This document shows positions 18,974 through 28,837 of a stretch of DNA of 64,000 nt, piece after piece. How positions within the stretch are numbered: position 1 is the first letter of the stretch; each line of letters begins with the position of its first letter. The notes under the pieces were generated by a model. It worked only from the letters and a program-made list of their open reading frames with translations. It was not told the DNA's origin and did no database searches. Position numbers and translations under genes: made by a program. The stretch is from positions 1,248,001-1,312,000 of the forward strand of contig CP181291.1 in NCBI GenBank assembly GCA_052279835.1, read 5' to 3'. Source of the DNA: Microcoleus sp. (GTDB taxonomy: Bacteria > Cyanobacteriota > Cyanobacteriia > Cyanobacteriales > Microcoleaceae).

Positions 18974-21900
18974 TCAGGAACCAATCGCTTCAATCCAATC
19001 GTGCACCGCATCCAACAAATCATCTGCATCCGCCGGAAAACCTGTTAACGGCAATTCCAGGGGTGTATCGGTAATCCAGGCGATGTGAATTCCCATGTGA
19101 GTGTCGGCGAGTTTGCGGGTGAAAGATGAAAGCGCATCTTCGCAGGGACAGGAGTGCAAAATTAAGGCGATGTGCTGTTTTTGGAGGCGGTTTTTGAGTT
19201 GGGGAATTAATCGCTTGAATTCGGGGGCGTTGCGAATGGCGGGGATGTCTGTATCTGCGGGGAAGATTGTTTGATATAGTTGGGTACAGAGCTCTTGGGC
19301 GATCGCACTTGCATCTGTTTCGCCTTCTAAGGCGCGTATGTTGAGGGGAACGGGGCAGGTTTTATCGGTGGGTTGGAGTTGTTTGAGGATTGTGGGGATA
19401 TCTAGATTTTGTGGGTGGTTGTCAGGTATTGGGGAATTGGTGGGTTGAGTGTGCCATGCTTGATGAAATTCTGGGTAAGTTATATTTTGGGCGCATTCCC
19501 AGATGATTTGGAAGCATCTTTCATTACGACCAAAAGAGTCTTCGTGGATTTCGGAAGTTAGGCAATCTTTCAATCTTGAGACTACGGTGGCGAAGTGTTT
19601 ACCTTTCATAACTTCCTCTAAGCTATCTACCGCTTGCTCCCGCACAATAATATCATCATCACTTAAATTACGGATTAACTCGACTAAAGCTTCGATCGTC
19701 ACTGGGTTATCTTTACCTATTTTACTTAAGCTATATACCGCTATACTCCGGGTATATTCATTACCTGCATTGCGGATTAACTCGATTAAAGTGGAGATAG
19801 CTTCTGGGTTATCTTTGTCTATTTTTCCTAAGCTATATGCCGCTATACTCCGGGTATTTTCATCACCACAATTACGGATTAACTCGACTAAAGCGGCGAT
19901 AGCTTCTGGATTATCTTTGTCTATTTTCCCTAAGCTACCTGCCGCTATCCTCCGGGTATTTTTATCAATTGAATTGCGGATCAACTCGATCAAAGTGGAG
20001 ATCGCAACTGGGTTAGATTTGTCTATTTTCCCTAAAGAATATGCTGCTATTGTCCGGGTCTCTTCATCCTGAGAAGTACCGATCAACTCGATCAAAGTGG
20101 AGATCGCAACTGGGTTAGATTTGTCTATTTTCCCTAAAGAATATGCTGCTATTGTCCGGGTCTCTTCATCCTGAGAAGTACCGATCAACTCGATCAAAGT
20201 GGAGATCGCAACTGGGTTAGATTTGTCTATTTTCCCTAAAGAATATGCTGCTATTGTCCGGGTCTCTTCATCCTGAGAAGTACCGATCAACTCGACTAAA
20301 GTGGAGATTACAACTGGGTTATTATTGCCTATTTCTTTTAAGCTAAATGCCGCCCTCATCCGGGTCTCTTCATCCTGAGAAGTACGGATTAACTCGACTA
20401 AAGTGGAGATTACAACTGGGTTATTATTGCCTATTTTCTCTAAGCTAATTGCCGCGCGATTCCGGGTATCTTCATCACCTGAATTGCAGATGAACTCGAC
20501 TAAAGTGGCAATCGCCACTGGATTATTTTTGTCTATTGCCCCTAACCTATCTGCCGCTCGCCAGCGGGTATCTTCATCGCATGAATTGCGGATTAACTCG
20601 ACTAAAGCTTCGATCGCCACTGGATTATTTTTGTCTATTGCCCCTAACCTATATACCGCTCGCCAGCGGGTAAATTCATTCTGTGAAGTGTCGATCAACT
20701 CGACTAAAGCTTCGATCGCAACAGGATTATTTTTGTCTATTGTCCATAAGCTATCTACCGCTTCGCTACGGGTATCTTCATTGTGTGAAGTACCGCTCAA
20801 CTCAACTAAAGCGGAGATAGCCCTTTCCCTATCCGTCTCTTTAAGTATCTCCCTTGAACCCCCTCCAAGTGGATAGGCAAATGTTTGCCACTCCTGTTTT
20901 TCCTCATCAAAATAACCAAATCCCCACTTAATAACCTGCGACACAATCTCATCAGCAAGACTACAATCCTTAAACTCAGCAATCCCCGCAGCCGCTAGAA
21001 AATACGCACGATATCCATAAAAATCACCACACCCATCATCAAACTCAACCAACGCCTTAATAAACCCTTCCTTCTCCTCCTTCCCAACCTCCTCACGCCC
21101 CAACCACAGCAAAATAACCTCCTTCCACGGCTTCTCAAAAATCCGATAAGCCCCCCCTTGGTAAGGGGGGGTTGGGGGGGTATGATTCAAGAAAAAGTGC
21201 CAATCCTCAACCGCCAACGCCGCAAAATATTCCTGAAAAGTCGGATGGTAAAAAGCATAAATTCCTTCCAGCGTCTCCCCATCCCTCGCCACTAAATTCA
21301 GCCAACCCAAACGACAAGCTAACTCAAACAGCGATGCACCCATCACCCGATATCCCACACTTTCTCGCAACTGAAACCGCGCAGTTTCATTTAACATCCC
21401 AGAAAGTGCCAATTTTCCCAAAGCCGCATTCAATTCCTGCTGCTGACTCCAATTTAAGTGCGGTTTTTTCCACTGATACAAAGTAGTTACAAACCGCTGA
21501 TAAAGTTTAGCCTTAGTATCCGGTAAATCCCCATCTAAGGATTGCCAAGTGCCGCACAATAGCGAACATCTCAGGGGATTTTTTACTAAGTCTCGAATTC
21601 GCTCTTTTCCTGATGCTGCTAATGCTTCCCGTAGCTGTTGCGCGATGGGCGGGCACGGGGGCACCGCCCCTACATTGAGGGGATTCGTAGGGGCGGTGGA
21701 GGGCGGGCACGGGGGCACCGCCCCTACATTGAGGGGATTCGTAGGGGCGGTGCCCCCGTGCCCGCCCCTGGGGGATTGAAACCATTTATCAATAAACATT
21801 TCCACTTGTTCGGGATAGGAAAACTCCAGAGTGCGATAAGTATCAAAACTATCCAATCCAAAGCCGATCGCATCCCAGACATTCTGCCGACAACTTAGCA

Positions 21901-23209
21901 CAATCCGCGCCCTTTGAATGCAGCCGCCCGTCCTAATTTGCCGATCGATTTCCGCCAAAGGATTCCCATCTCCCACCGCCATCTCATCCGCCCCATCCAA
22001 CACCAACCAAACGCGCTCAGCATTAAATTGTGCTACAAAATCCTCCTTAATATCCGCCGTCGCCTCAGCCTTCCCAATTCTCTTAATTGCCGCCACCAAC
22101 CAACTATCAAATAAATAGGTTTCTAATTCCTTCCCCTGCAAATCCGCCAAGGATACCCAAATTACAATAGCCTCGGAAATGCCCGTCGCTACCCAATTCG
22201 CAATCTGCCGCAACAGCGTTGTTTTTCCCGCCCCCGGTTCCCCGATAATTCCTAATCGCTTCCCATTGCTTTTTGGACTACTTCCTTGCTGGATAACTTG
22301 TTCGAGAAACTCGCTGTGTTCAAAGGTTTGAGTAACTTCCTTTTCTCGATACAAATCCGAACCTTCCTCAGCCGCCAAATCCTGTCGATTGTCAGGTACT
22401 TTGTGCCTTTCCACCAAACCCAGCGGCACATAAACATCATCTATTTGATGGTTGCCAAAAGTTAGCCGATCGCTACTAAGTCGCTGCTGTTCTTTCTCGT
22501 CTAAAATCTGCTGGCAAATATCCCGCCAGTCAATCGGTTGATAAACAATACGGCTTTTTTCAACTATCTCCTCCAGCCAAGCATACATCTCTTGGGTTGT
22601 GCGATCGATCCGCGTTAAAGTTTGACCTGTGAAAATCTGAAAAACTTTGTCGTTTTCCTTGACTTCCTGAGCAAAGTATGCTGATAATAAAGTAAATAAT
22701 TCTTGTTTTAATTTCGTTTTGTAGGGTGCGACATCGCAATTTTCTAGGGCGACTGCCAGCAGTTTTTCCTGAAGTTTTTCAACTCGATTCTGCTTTAACT
22801 CATCTGGGGCAGTCAGCAGCAATTCTATCTCATCTAAACCTGTAATAGGAATTCCAGAGGGGATTGTTTCTTTGTTAACTTGTTCTAATTCTAATTTGAG
22901 CTTTTCTAGCTTTCGTTTCAACCAATCAAAGTCCCTGCGCCTGTCTTGCAGCGAATAGGCAAAACTCTCTCGGTTAGCCCTATTTTTGGGGTCGATTTCC
23001 TGTTTGCATTCTGAGGCGATTTGTTGTTGAGCTTTCAGGAAAGATGTTTTCAGTGCTTTTTCTAAATCGTGATTGACAATTTTTCCGTTTCGTGATATCT
23101 TTTTTATCCCGGTCAAACAGAGATGCTTTGCTGCATCATTGACTTGAGTGCCGAGAATGCCTTGCCAAGCGACTGTGAAAAGTAAGCCCAAGGTAATCGG
23201 ATCTGACAT
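18974..23209 (-). CDS. NACHT NTPase with HEAT repeats and a C-terminal alpha/beta domain (STAND/NLR-like)
   Basis: Walker A GEPGAGKTT, Walker B LVLDGADE, NPLR, FYHPTFQEYFAA, about 12 HEAT repeats of 34 aa; start set at MSDPIT. Confidence 0.9.
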   Translation of the reverse strand: MSDPITLGLLFTVAWQGILGTQVNDAAKHLCLTGIKKISRNGKIVNHDLEKALKTSFLKAQQQIASECKQEIDPKNRANRESFAYSLQDRRRDFDWLKRKLEKLKLELEQVNKETIPSGIPITGLDEIELLLTAPDELKQNRVEKLQEKLLAVALENCDVAPYKTKLKQELFTLLSAYFAQEVKENDKVFQIFTGQTLTRIDRTTQEMYAWLEEIVEKSRIVYQPIDWRDICQQILDEKEQQRLSSDRLTFGNHQIDDVYVPLGLVERHKVPDNRQDLAAEEGSDLYREKEVTQTFEHSEFLEQVIQQGSSPKSNGKRLGIIGEPGAGKTTLLRQIANWVATGISEAIVIWVSLADLQGKELETYLFDSWLVAAIKRIGKAEATADIKEDFVAQFNAERVWLVLDGADEMAVGDGNPLAEIDRQIRTGGCIQRARIVLSCRQNVWDAIGFGLDSFDTYRTLEFSYPEQVEMFIDKWFQSPRGGHGGTAPTNPLNVGAVPPCPPSTAPTNPLNVGAVPPCPPIAQQLREALAASGKERIRDLVKNPLRCSLLCGTWQSLDGDLPDTKAKLYQRFVTTLYQWKKPHLNWSQQQELNAALGKLALSGMLNETARFQLRESVGYRVMGASLFELACRLGWLNLVARDGETLEGIYAFYHPTFQEYFAALAVEDWHFFLNHTPPTPPYQGGAYRIFEKPWKEVILLWLGREEVGKEEKEGFIKALVEFDDGCGDFYGYRAYFLAAAGIAEFKDCSLADEIVSQVIKWGFGYFDEEKQEWQTFAYPLGGGSREILKETDRERAISALVELSGTSHNEDTRSEAVDSLWTIDKNNPVAIEALVELIDTSQNEFTRWRAVYRLGAIDKNNPVAIEALVELIRNSCDEDTRWRAADRLGAIDKNNPVAIATLVEFICNSGDEDTRNRAAISLEKIGNNNPVVISTLVELIRTSQDEETRMRAAFSLKEIGNNNPVVISTLVELIGTSQDEETRTIAAYSLGKIDKSNPVAISTLIELIGTSQDEETRTIAAYSLGKIDKSNPVAISTLIELIGTSQDEETRTIAAYSLGKIDKSNPVAISTLIELIRNSIDKNTRRIAAGSLGKIDKDNPEAIAALVELIRNCGDENTRSIAAYSLGKIDKDNPEAISTLIELIRNAGNEYTRSIAVYSLSKIGKDNPVTIEALVELIRNLSDDDIIVREQAVDSLEEVMKGKHFATVVSRLKDCLTSEIHEDSFGRNERCFQIIWECAQNITYPEFHQAWHTQPTNSPIPDNHPQNLDIPTILKQLQPTDKTCPVPLNIRALEGETDASAIAQELCTQLYQTIFPADTDIPAIRNAPEFKRLIPQLKNRLQKQHIALILHSCPCEDALSSFTRKLADTHMGIHIAWITDTPLELPLTGFPADADDLLDAVHDWIEAIGS
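19610..20820 (-). repeat. 102-bp coding tandem repeats (HEAT), three of them essentially identical
   Basis: Unit recurs at 19981, 20083, 20185 and 20287. Confidence 0.85.
21647..21768. repeat. REP-like GGGCGGGCACGGGGGCACCGCCCCTAC palindromes inserted in frame in the NACHT gene
   Basis: Encodes GGHGGTAPTNPLNVGAVPPCPP with a partial duplication. Confidence 0.85.
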
Positions 23210-23279
23210 TTGAGGGTGCTCCTGATGCGTTGCTGCAAGGGGGTTATTTTTATGATAGCCGATCGCATTTGGTGGCGCT

Positions 23280-23501
23280 CTACTTAACTCCTTCTTCAAT
23301 AATCTCTACTACATCTTCTATCATCACGCCAAAAGCCCGCGCTAATTTGTCGATCGCCCTAAAGTCAACCATTGATATGGACGATCGCCTAGCATAGGTA
23401 GTAATTGTGCTGTATACTACACCAGAACGCTCAGCAACTTCTTTGAATGTCCAGCCTCTTTCGGCTGCTAGTTCTCGAACTCTGATTCTGACTAAACCCA
23501 T
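23280..23501 (-). CDS. XRE/Cro-family HTH regulator
   Basis: VRELAAERGWTFKEVAERSGVVYSTI...KLARAFGVMIEDV. Confidence 0.85.
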   Translation of the reverse strand: MGLVRIRVRELAAERGWTFKEVAERSGVVYSTITTYARRSSISMVDFRAIDKLARAFGVMIEDVVEIIEEGVK

Positions 23502-23577
23502 ACTTGACAATAAGGCAATTGCGTTCGATTATTGCTGCATCTAAAAAATTGACGTACCACCAGGATATGCAACTACC

Positions 23578-24048
23578 ATGATATATGAAAATCAGTCAAG
23601 ATCTTCAACGATCGCCGCATCTAAAATTATTCATAAGTCTTTAGTTGTCAATCCGCGATCGAGATTTGTGACTGAAGAAACTGTAGCGCTATTGTTCAAC
23701 ATCTCACCAGAGCAGATTTATCGCATCGAATGTTGTCACAATATTGTATATGTTCACGCAAAAGGCTTGAGTCGTTTTGTCAGTTACGCCGATTTCCCCC
23801 CTATTGTGGGAGTAAATCCCCCCGTACCTCGCGATTATCTCGCCTGGTACAAACGCTGGAAATGCACGAAAGCACCTGTATTTTGGACTAAATTTTACAC
23901 GTACAATTTTAAAGGGGCGGTTTCAGTTGACAGCTTGCGGGAGTGGGGCTTGGTGGTGGGTAGTGTTAAATCCGTAATTGCTGCTACAGTGCTTCAACAG
24001 TTGCGAGATGTTTATGCTGAGGAAAAATACTTGATGGAGAAATTTTAA
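23578..24048 (+). CDS. Hypothetical protein divergent from the XRE gene
   Basis: 156-aa ORF with an IYRIECC..IVYVHAKGLSRFVSYADFPP motif. Confidence 0.65.
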   Translation: MIYENQSRSSTIAASKIIHKSLVVNPRSRFVTEETVALLFNISPEQIYRIECCHNIVYVHAKGLSRFVSYADFPPIVGVNPPVPRDYLAWYKRWKCTKAPVFWTKFYTYNFKGAVSVDSLREWGLVVGSVKSVIAATVLQQLRDVYAEEKYLMEKF

Positions 24049-24152
24049 AGTGCGATCGCCTCAAGGGAGTAAAAAAATAACTTAACTTTACGGAATTGCT
24101 CTCGTACCATCAGGAAGACAATAGCAACGGCGTTATCCAACCAAGAATCAAT

Positions 24153-24791
24153 ATGCTGCGTCTATTAATTTCCGGTGGTATTGTCATGGTACCGCTGCTA
24201 GGATTTTCTATCCTCGCAGCCACTCTCATATTAGAAAGACTATTCTTTTGGTGGCAAATACTCCGCCGTCAAGATGCAATTATCCGGCAATTTCTTAACT
24301 CCTATTCCCGTTTTCCTAAGTCGGAAGTAGTGAAAAAAAAGCTGATTCCTTGTCTTGAGAAAAATGCCGACCTTCCGGTGTCCCGCATTTTTTTAGCTGC
24401 GCTACAATTGCACCAGCCAAGTGTTGAAGATTTTCGTTTGGCTTTGGAAACTACTGCTCATGCAGAATTAGCTTCATTAAAACGCTTCCATACCGTTTTT
24501 GAAACAATTATTAGTCTGGCACCTTTATTGGGTTTATTAGGGACTGTTCTGGGACTAATTAACTCTTTTGCGGCGCTGAAAATAGGTGAGATTGGTGGTG
24601 GTACTACGGCTGGTGTTACTGGGGGTATTAGTGAAGCTTTGGTTTCTACAGCCACGGGGTTAATTGTTGCTATTTTTACTTTGTTTTTTGCCAATTTGTT
24701 TCGAGGTTTTTATCAGCAGCAACGAGCTTTGTTTCTGGAGTATGGGGGTCAATTAGAATTACTTTATCGTCAGCGGTTTCTATCGGAATAA
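24153..24791 (+). CDS. exbB: MotA/TolQ/ExbB proton channel protein
   Basis: GGIVMVPL, APLLGLLGTVLGLI, GISEALVSTATGL. Confidence 0.92.
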   Translation: MLRLLISGGIVMVPLLGFSILAATLILERLFFWWQILRRQDAIIRQFLNSYSRFPKSEVVKKKLIPCLEKNADLPVSRIFLAALQLHQPSVEDFRLALETTAHAELASLKRFHTVFETIISLAPLLGLLGTVLGLINSFAALKIGEIGGGTTAGVTGGISEALVSTATGLIVAIFTLFFANLFRGFYQQQRALFLEYGGQLELLYRQRFLSE

Positions 24792-25347
24792 TTTTACCAC
24801 AGAGTACGCAGAGAAAGGGGAGAGATATGAATGATTCTGATTTTTACTGATTTGATTTTAGCTACAACTATGGAGATGTCTCATGGGCTTACTATCGGAT
24901 TTTTTTTACCGCAGAGTACGCAGAGAAAGGGGAGAGATTTTAATGATTCTGATTTTTACTGATTTGATTTTAGCTACAACTATGGAGATGTCTCATGGGC
25001 TTACTATCGGATTTTTTTTACCGCAGAGTACGCAGAGAAAGGGGAGAGATTTTAATGATTCTGATTTTTACTGATTTGATTTTAGCTACAACTATGGAGA
25101 TGTCTTATGCGCTTACTATCGGATTTTTTTTACCGCAGAGTACGCAGAGAAAGGGGAGAGATTTTAATGATTCTGATTTTTACTGATTTGATTTTAGCTA
25201 CAAGTATGGAGATGTCTCATGGGCTTACTATCGGATTTTTTTTACCGCAGAGTACGCAGAGAAAGGGGAGAGAGGGGAGAGATGAAGGATTCTGATTTTA
25301 ACTGATTTGATTTTAGCTACAAGTATGGAGATGTCTTATGCGCTTAC
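24780..25347. repeat. Five tandem copies of a 112-bp unit spanning the exbB-exbD junction
   Basis: ACC(G/A)CAGAGTACGCAGAG recurs at 24796, 24908, 25020, 25132 and 25244. Confidence 0.92.
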
Positions 25348-25745
25348 CAGAAGAAATTGATGATGTTCCTCTGCAAATCAATATCGTGCCGATGATTGAT
25401 GTCATCTTTGCGATTTTAACGTTTTTTATCATGTCTAGTTTGTTTTTGAGTCGCTCGGAAGGGTTGCCGGTTATTTTACCTAAAACTATAATGGGTAATG
25501 TTCAGCAGCAATCAATTCCTATCGTAGTTACTGTTGATAAATATGGCAATTTGGCGGTGAATCGTCAACCTGTTAAGTTAAATGAGGTTTCGACTAGAGT
25601 TCGTGCTTTGATTCCGTTGCAGCAACGGGAGGTTGTAGTGTTGATTAATGCTGATAAGTTGGTTAGTCACGGGGTGGTAACTGGGGTAATGGATGAATTG
25701 CGATCGGTGTCTGGGGTCAAAATTGCGATCGGTACTGTCAGATAA
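25338..25745 (+). CDS. exbD: ExbD/TolR biopolymer transport protein
   Basis: INIVPMIDVIFAILTFFI, INADKLVSHGVV. Confidence 0.92.
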   Translation: MRLPEEIDDVPLQINIVPMIDVIFAILTFFIMSSLFLSRSEGLPVILPKTIMGNVQQQSIPIVVTVDKYGNLAVNRQPVKLNEVSTRVRALIPLQQREVVVLINADKLVSHGVVTGVMDELRSVSGVKIAIGTVR

Positions 25746-25826
25746 TTAAGCTGTTTCCAGTGTGTTTTTGGGCAGGCAGGATGCCCACCCCACAAGCTTT
25801 TTAGTTCTGTTCTTGGATGGGAAAAT

Positions 25827-27215
25827 TTACCTTCCAATTCCTACATATTGGAAACCAGCGGCTTCTAAAACTTTCTTGTCTAAGAAATTACGGCCGTCAA
25901 TCATCACTGGATGATTCATCAATTTCGCCATTTTTAGATAGTCTAAATTGCGAAACTGTTCCCAGTCTGTCACCAATACTAAAGCATCGCAACTATCAGC
26001 TAGTCTTTCGGGGTCAGTTTCTACCAATACTCCTGACAAACCGTGACGCATTCCAGTTTGAGAAACAATCGGATCGTAAGCTTTAACTTTCGCTCCTAAT
26101 CGGTTCAAATTCTCGATTAAATTCAGGGAAGGAGCATCGCGTAAATCATCAGTATCTGGCTTGAAAGTTAAACCCAAAAGTCCGACTGTTTTGCCTTTGA
26201 GAATCTTTAAAACTTGCTGCAATTTTTCAATAGCAATCAATCGTTGACGTTCGTTAACTTCTACTGCTGCTTTTAGCAAATGTGCTTCGTAGCCGTAATC
26301 GTTAGCAGTGTGAACTAAGGCTGAAACATCTTTGGGGAAACAAGAACCGCCCCAACCAATTCCTGCTTGCAGAAATTTGCCACCAATTCGTGAATCTAGT
26401 CCGATTCCTTTGGCGACTTGGGTAACATCTGCACCGACGCGATCGCAAATATTAGCCACTTCATTAATAAAGCTGATTTTTGTTGCTAAAAAAGCATTGG
26501 CTGCGTACTTAATCATCTCGGCTGAACTGATATCAGTCTGGACTACGGGCACTGGTGGTAATGAGGTATTGTCAGCAAATTTGCGATCGACAATCGGGTT
26601 GTATAGCTCTACCATCATATCTAACGCCCGCTGAGAATTGCTGCCGAGAACAATGCGATCGGGATTAAATGTATCATGAACTGCACAACCTTCTCGCAAA
26701 AACTCCGGGTTACTGACTACATCAAATTGAACACCTGTTTTTGCTGCTACTTCCTCCCCCGTAGCCCCTTCGCTACTTTGAGGTTTTTGACGTTCTGCCA
26801 AACCATCTAATACAATTCTTCGTACCCAATCCCCGGAACCTATGGGGACTGTTGATTTGTTTACTAATACTTTGTATTCACCGTCTAGGTGAGCACCAAT
26901 GCCGCGTGCAACTGCCTCCACGTAACGAGTATCGCTTTCTCCTGTAGGTAAAGGAGGGGTGCCGACTGCAATAAACAAAATATCTCCGTGGGCAACTCCG
27001 GCGGCTAAATCTGAGGTGAATTCTAGATTGCCAGATGCAGATGCAGAAGACATTAAATCCGAAAGTCCGGGTTCAAAAATTGGCGATTGTCCAGACTTCA
27101 TTAACTTGACTTTTTCTTCGTTGTTGTCTACACAAATCACATGATGTCCGATGTGGGCTAAACAAGTGCCGGTGACTAAGCCAACATATCCCGTACCAAT
27201 GACACATACACGCAT
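25827..27215 (-). CDS. ugd: UDP-glucose 6-dehydrogenase
   Basis: GTGYVG, NKSTVP, NPEFLREG, GWGGSCFPKD, FKPDTDDLR. Confidence 0.96.
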   Translation of the reverse strand: MRVCVIGTGYVGLVTGTCLAHIGHHVICVDNNEEKVKLMKSGQSPIFEPGLSDLMSSASASGNLEFTSDLAAGVAHGDILFIAVGTPPLPTGESDTRYVEAVARGIGAHLDGEYKVLVNKSTVPIGSGDWVRRIVLDGLAERQKPQSSEGATGEEVAAKTGVQFDVVSNPEFLREGCAVHDTFNPDRIVLGSNSQRALDMMVELYNPIVDRKFADNTSLPPVPVVQTDISSAEMIKYAANAFLATKISFINEVANICDRVGADVTQVAKGIGLDSRIGGKFLQAGIGWGGSCFPKDVSALVHTANDYGYEAHLLKAAVEVNERQRLIAIEKLQQVLKILKGKTVGLLGLTFKPDTDDLRDAPSLNLIENLNRLGAKVKAYDPIVSQTGMRHGLSGVLVETDPERLADSCDALVLVTDWEQFRNLDYLKMAKLMNHPVMIDGRNFLDKKVLEAAGFQYVGIGR

Positions 27216-27246
27216 AGAAATATCCTCAAAGTAAATGAATTCAGAT

Positions 27247-27349
27247 GGGAATTGGGAATTGGGAATTGGGAATTGGGAATTGAGGAACCCCCCCCTGGCC
27301 CCCCCAAGGGGGGAATTGGGCAGGGAATTGGGAATTGAGAATTGGGGAA
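27247..27349. repeat. STRR GGGAATT array with a C/G hairpin
   Basis: Read directly from the sequence. Confidence 0.8.
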
Positions 27350-27400
27350 CGCCCTTTTTCCTCTCACTCTCCGCTTCTCACTCTCCTCCTCTCCCCTTCT

Positions 27401-28339
27401 CTATTGTTTATTTCCCTCGATGCGATCGCGAAAATCCTTGATAGTTAACTCCAAACCTCGATCCAGCGGCACAGTGGGCTCCCATCCCAACCAAGTTTTA
27501 GCACGAGTAATATCCGGTTGCCGCTGTTTTGGGTCATCTTGGGGCAGGGGTTTAAAGATAATTTCTGCCCCTGGATTAATCATGTTTTGAATTTTTTGGG
27601 CTAATTCCAAGATGGTGTATTCGCCGGGATTTCCTAAATTCATCGGCCCGATTTCCTTGCTATTCATCAAGCGAATAAATCCTTCGACTAAATCTGAAAC
27701 ATAGCAAAAACTCCGGGTTTGGGAACCGTCCCCGTATATTGTTAGCGGTTCATTTCGTAAAGCTTGAACAATAAAATTGCTGACGACTCTGCCATCATTT
27801 TCTAACATTCGCGGGCCGTAGGTATTGAAGATTCGCACGACTCGAATGTCTACACCATTTTGCCTATGGTAGTCGAAAGATAGGGTTTCAGCTACTCGCT
27901 TCCCTTCGTCGTAACAACTGCGAATTCCGATACAATTAACGTTGCCACGATAATCTTCTGTTTGGGGATGAACATCTGGATCTCCATAGACTTCAGAAGT
28001 GGAAGCTAGAAAAAATCTGGCTTTTACTCGTTTGGCTAATCCCAACATATTCATCGTGCCGATGACGTTTGTTTTAAGTGTCTTGACAGGGTTGTACTGA
28101 TAGTGTACCGGGGAAGCGGGACAGGCTAGATGGTAAATCTGATCTACTTCTAACCGAATTGGTTCGGTGATGTCATGGCGGATTAGCTCAAAGTATGGGT
28201 TGTCTAGCCATTTGAGGATATTGCGTTTGGTGCCGGTGTAAAAGTTATCCAGGCAGACTACTTCGTGTCCTTGGGCCATTAGGCGATCGATTAGGTGGGA
28301 ACCGAGGAAGCCCGCACCGCCTGTGACTAAAATTCTCAT
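27401..28339 (-). CDS. uxs: UDP-glucuronate decarboxylase (UDP-xylose synthase)
   Basis: [43 protein letters not shown]. Confidence 0.93.
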   Translation of the reverse strand: MRILVTGGAGFLGSHLIDRLMAQGHEVVCLDNFYTGTKRNILKWLDNPYFELIRHDITEPIRLEVDQIYHLACPASPVHYQYNPVKTLKTNVIGTMNMLGLAKRVKARFFLASTSEVYGDPDVHPQTEDYRGNVNCIGIRSCYDEGKRVAETLSFDYHRQNGVDIRVVRIFNTYGPRMLENDGRVVSNFIVQALRNEPLTIYGDGSQTRSFCYVSDLVEGFIRLMNSKEIGPMNLGNPGEYTILELAQKIQNMINPGAEIIFKPLPQDDPKQRQPDITRAKTWLGWEPTVPLDRGLELTIKDFRDRIEGNKQ

Positions 28340-28837
28340 GGTGGAAACTGCCTTTCTGTTTAGGGGGTAGGACTGTGGTACAAAAATTCAGTCGATCGAG
28401 TGAAACTTGCTAATAGAATAACAAAATTGCGATCGACAATGTAAAGGCTTTTTGGTAACGTTTGATGAATTTTTTGAGGCGTTTGGCATTTTTAGATACA
28501 TTAAACTGATGGCTATCTATGGTAATTCTAAGCAGCAAAATTTTATTTAATATTTGATATTTTCGATAAATAAATCTTGACAGTAATTAAGAGCGATCGC
28601 CCTTCATTTCCCAAGTACGCTGTTGCAAAACTATCGGGTTTAGATGGAATTTTTACCATGTTGGACACCCAAATGTGGATGTCCTTGGTCTGAATTTTAG
28701 CTCAGTAGTATATATTGTACATCTCATATCATTTTCAATCAGCATTTTGGGGACGGGTTCTCCGTCCCATCCCACGAAGACTAACTGTTTGTGGAACAGG
28801 ATCTCTGGCCTGTTCCTCACAAAAAGCTACAGACAAA

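Noticed and set aside
19503..20876. Plus-strand 189-aa and 157-aa repetitive ORFs
   Set aside because: Antisense to the HEAT repeats
24883..25295. Three near-identical 62-63 aa ORFs
   Set aside because: By-products of the tandem repeat; not called as genes, although initiation at them is possible
24780..25347. Possible CRISPR array
   Set aside because: Whole 112-bp units repeat with no unique spacers, and there are no cas genes nearby
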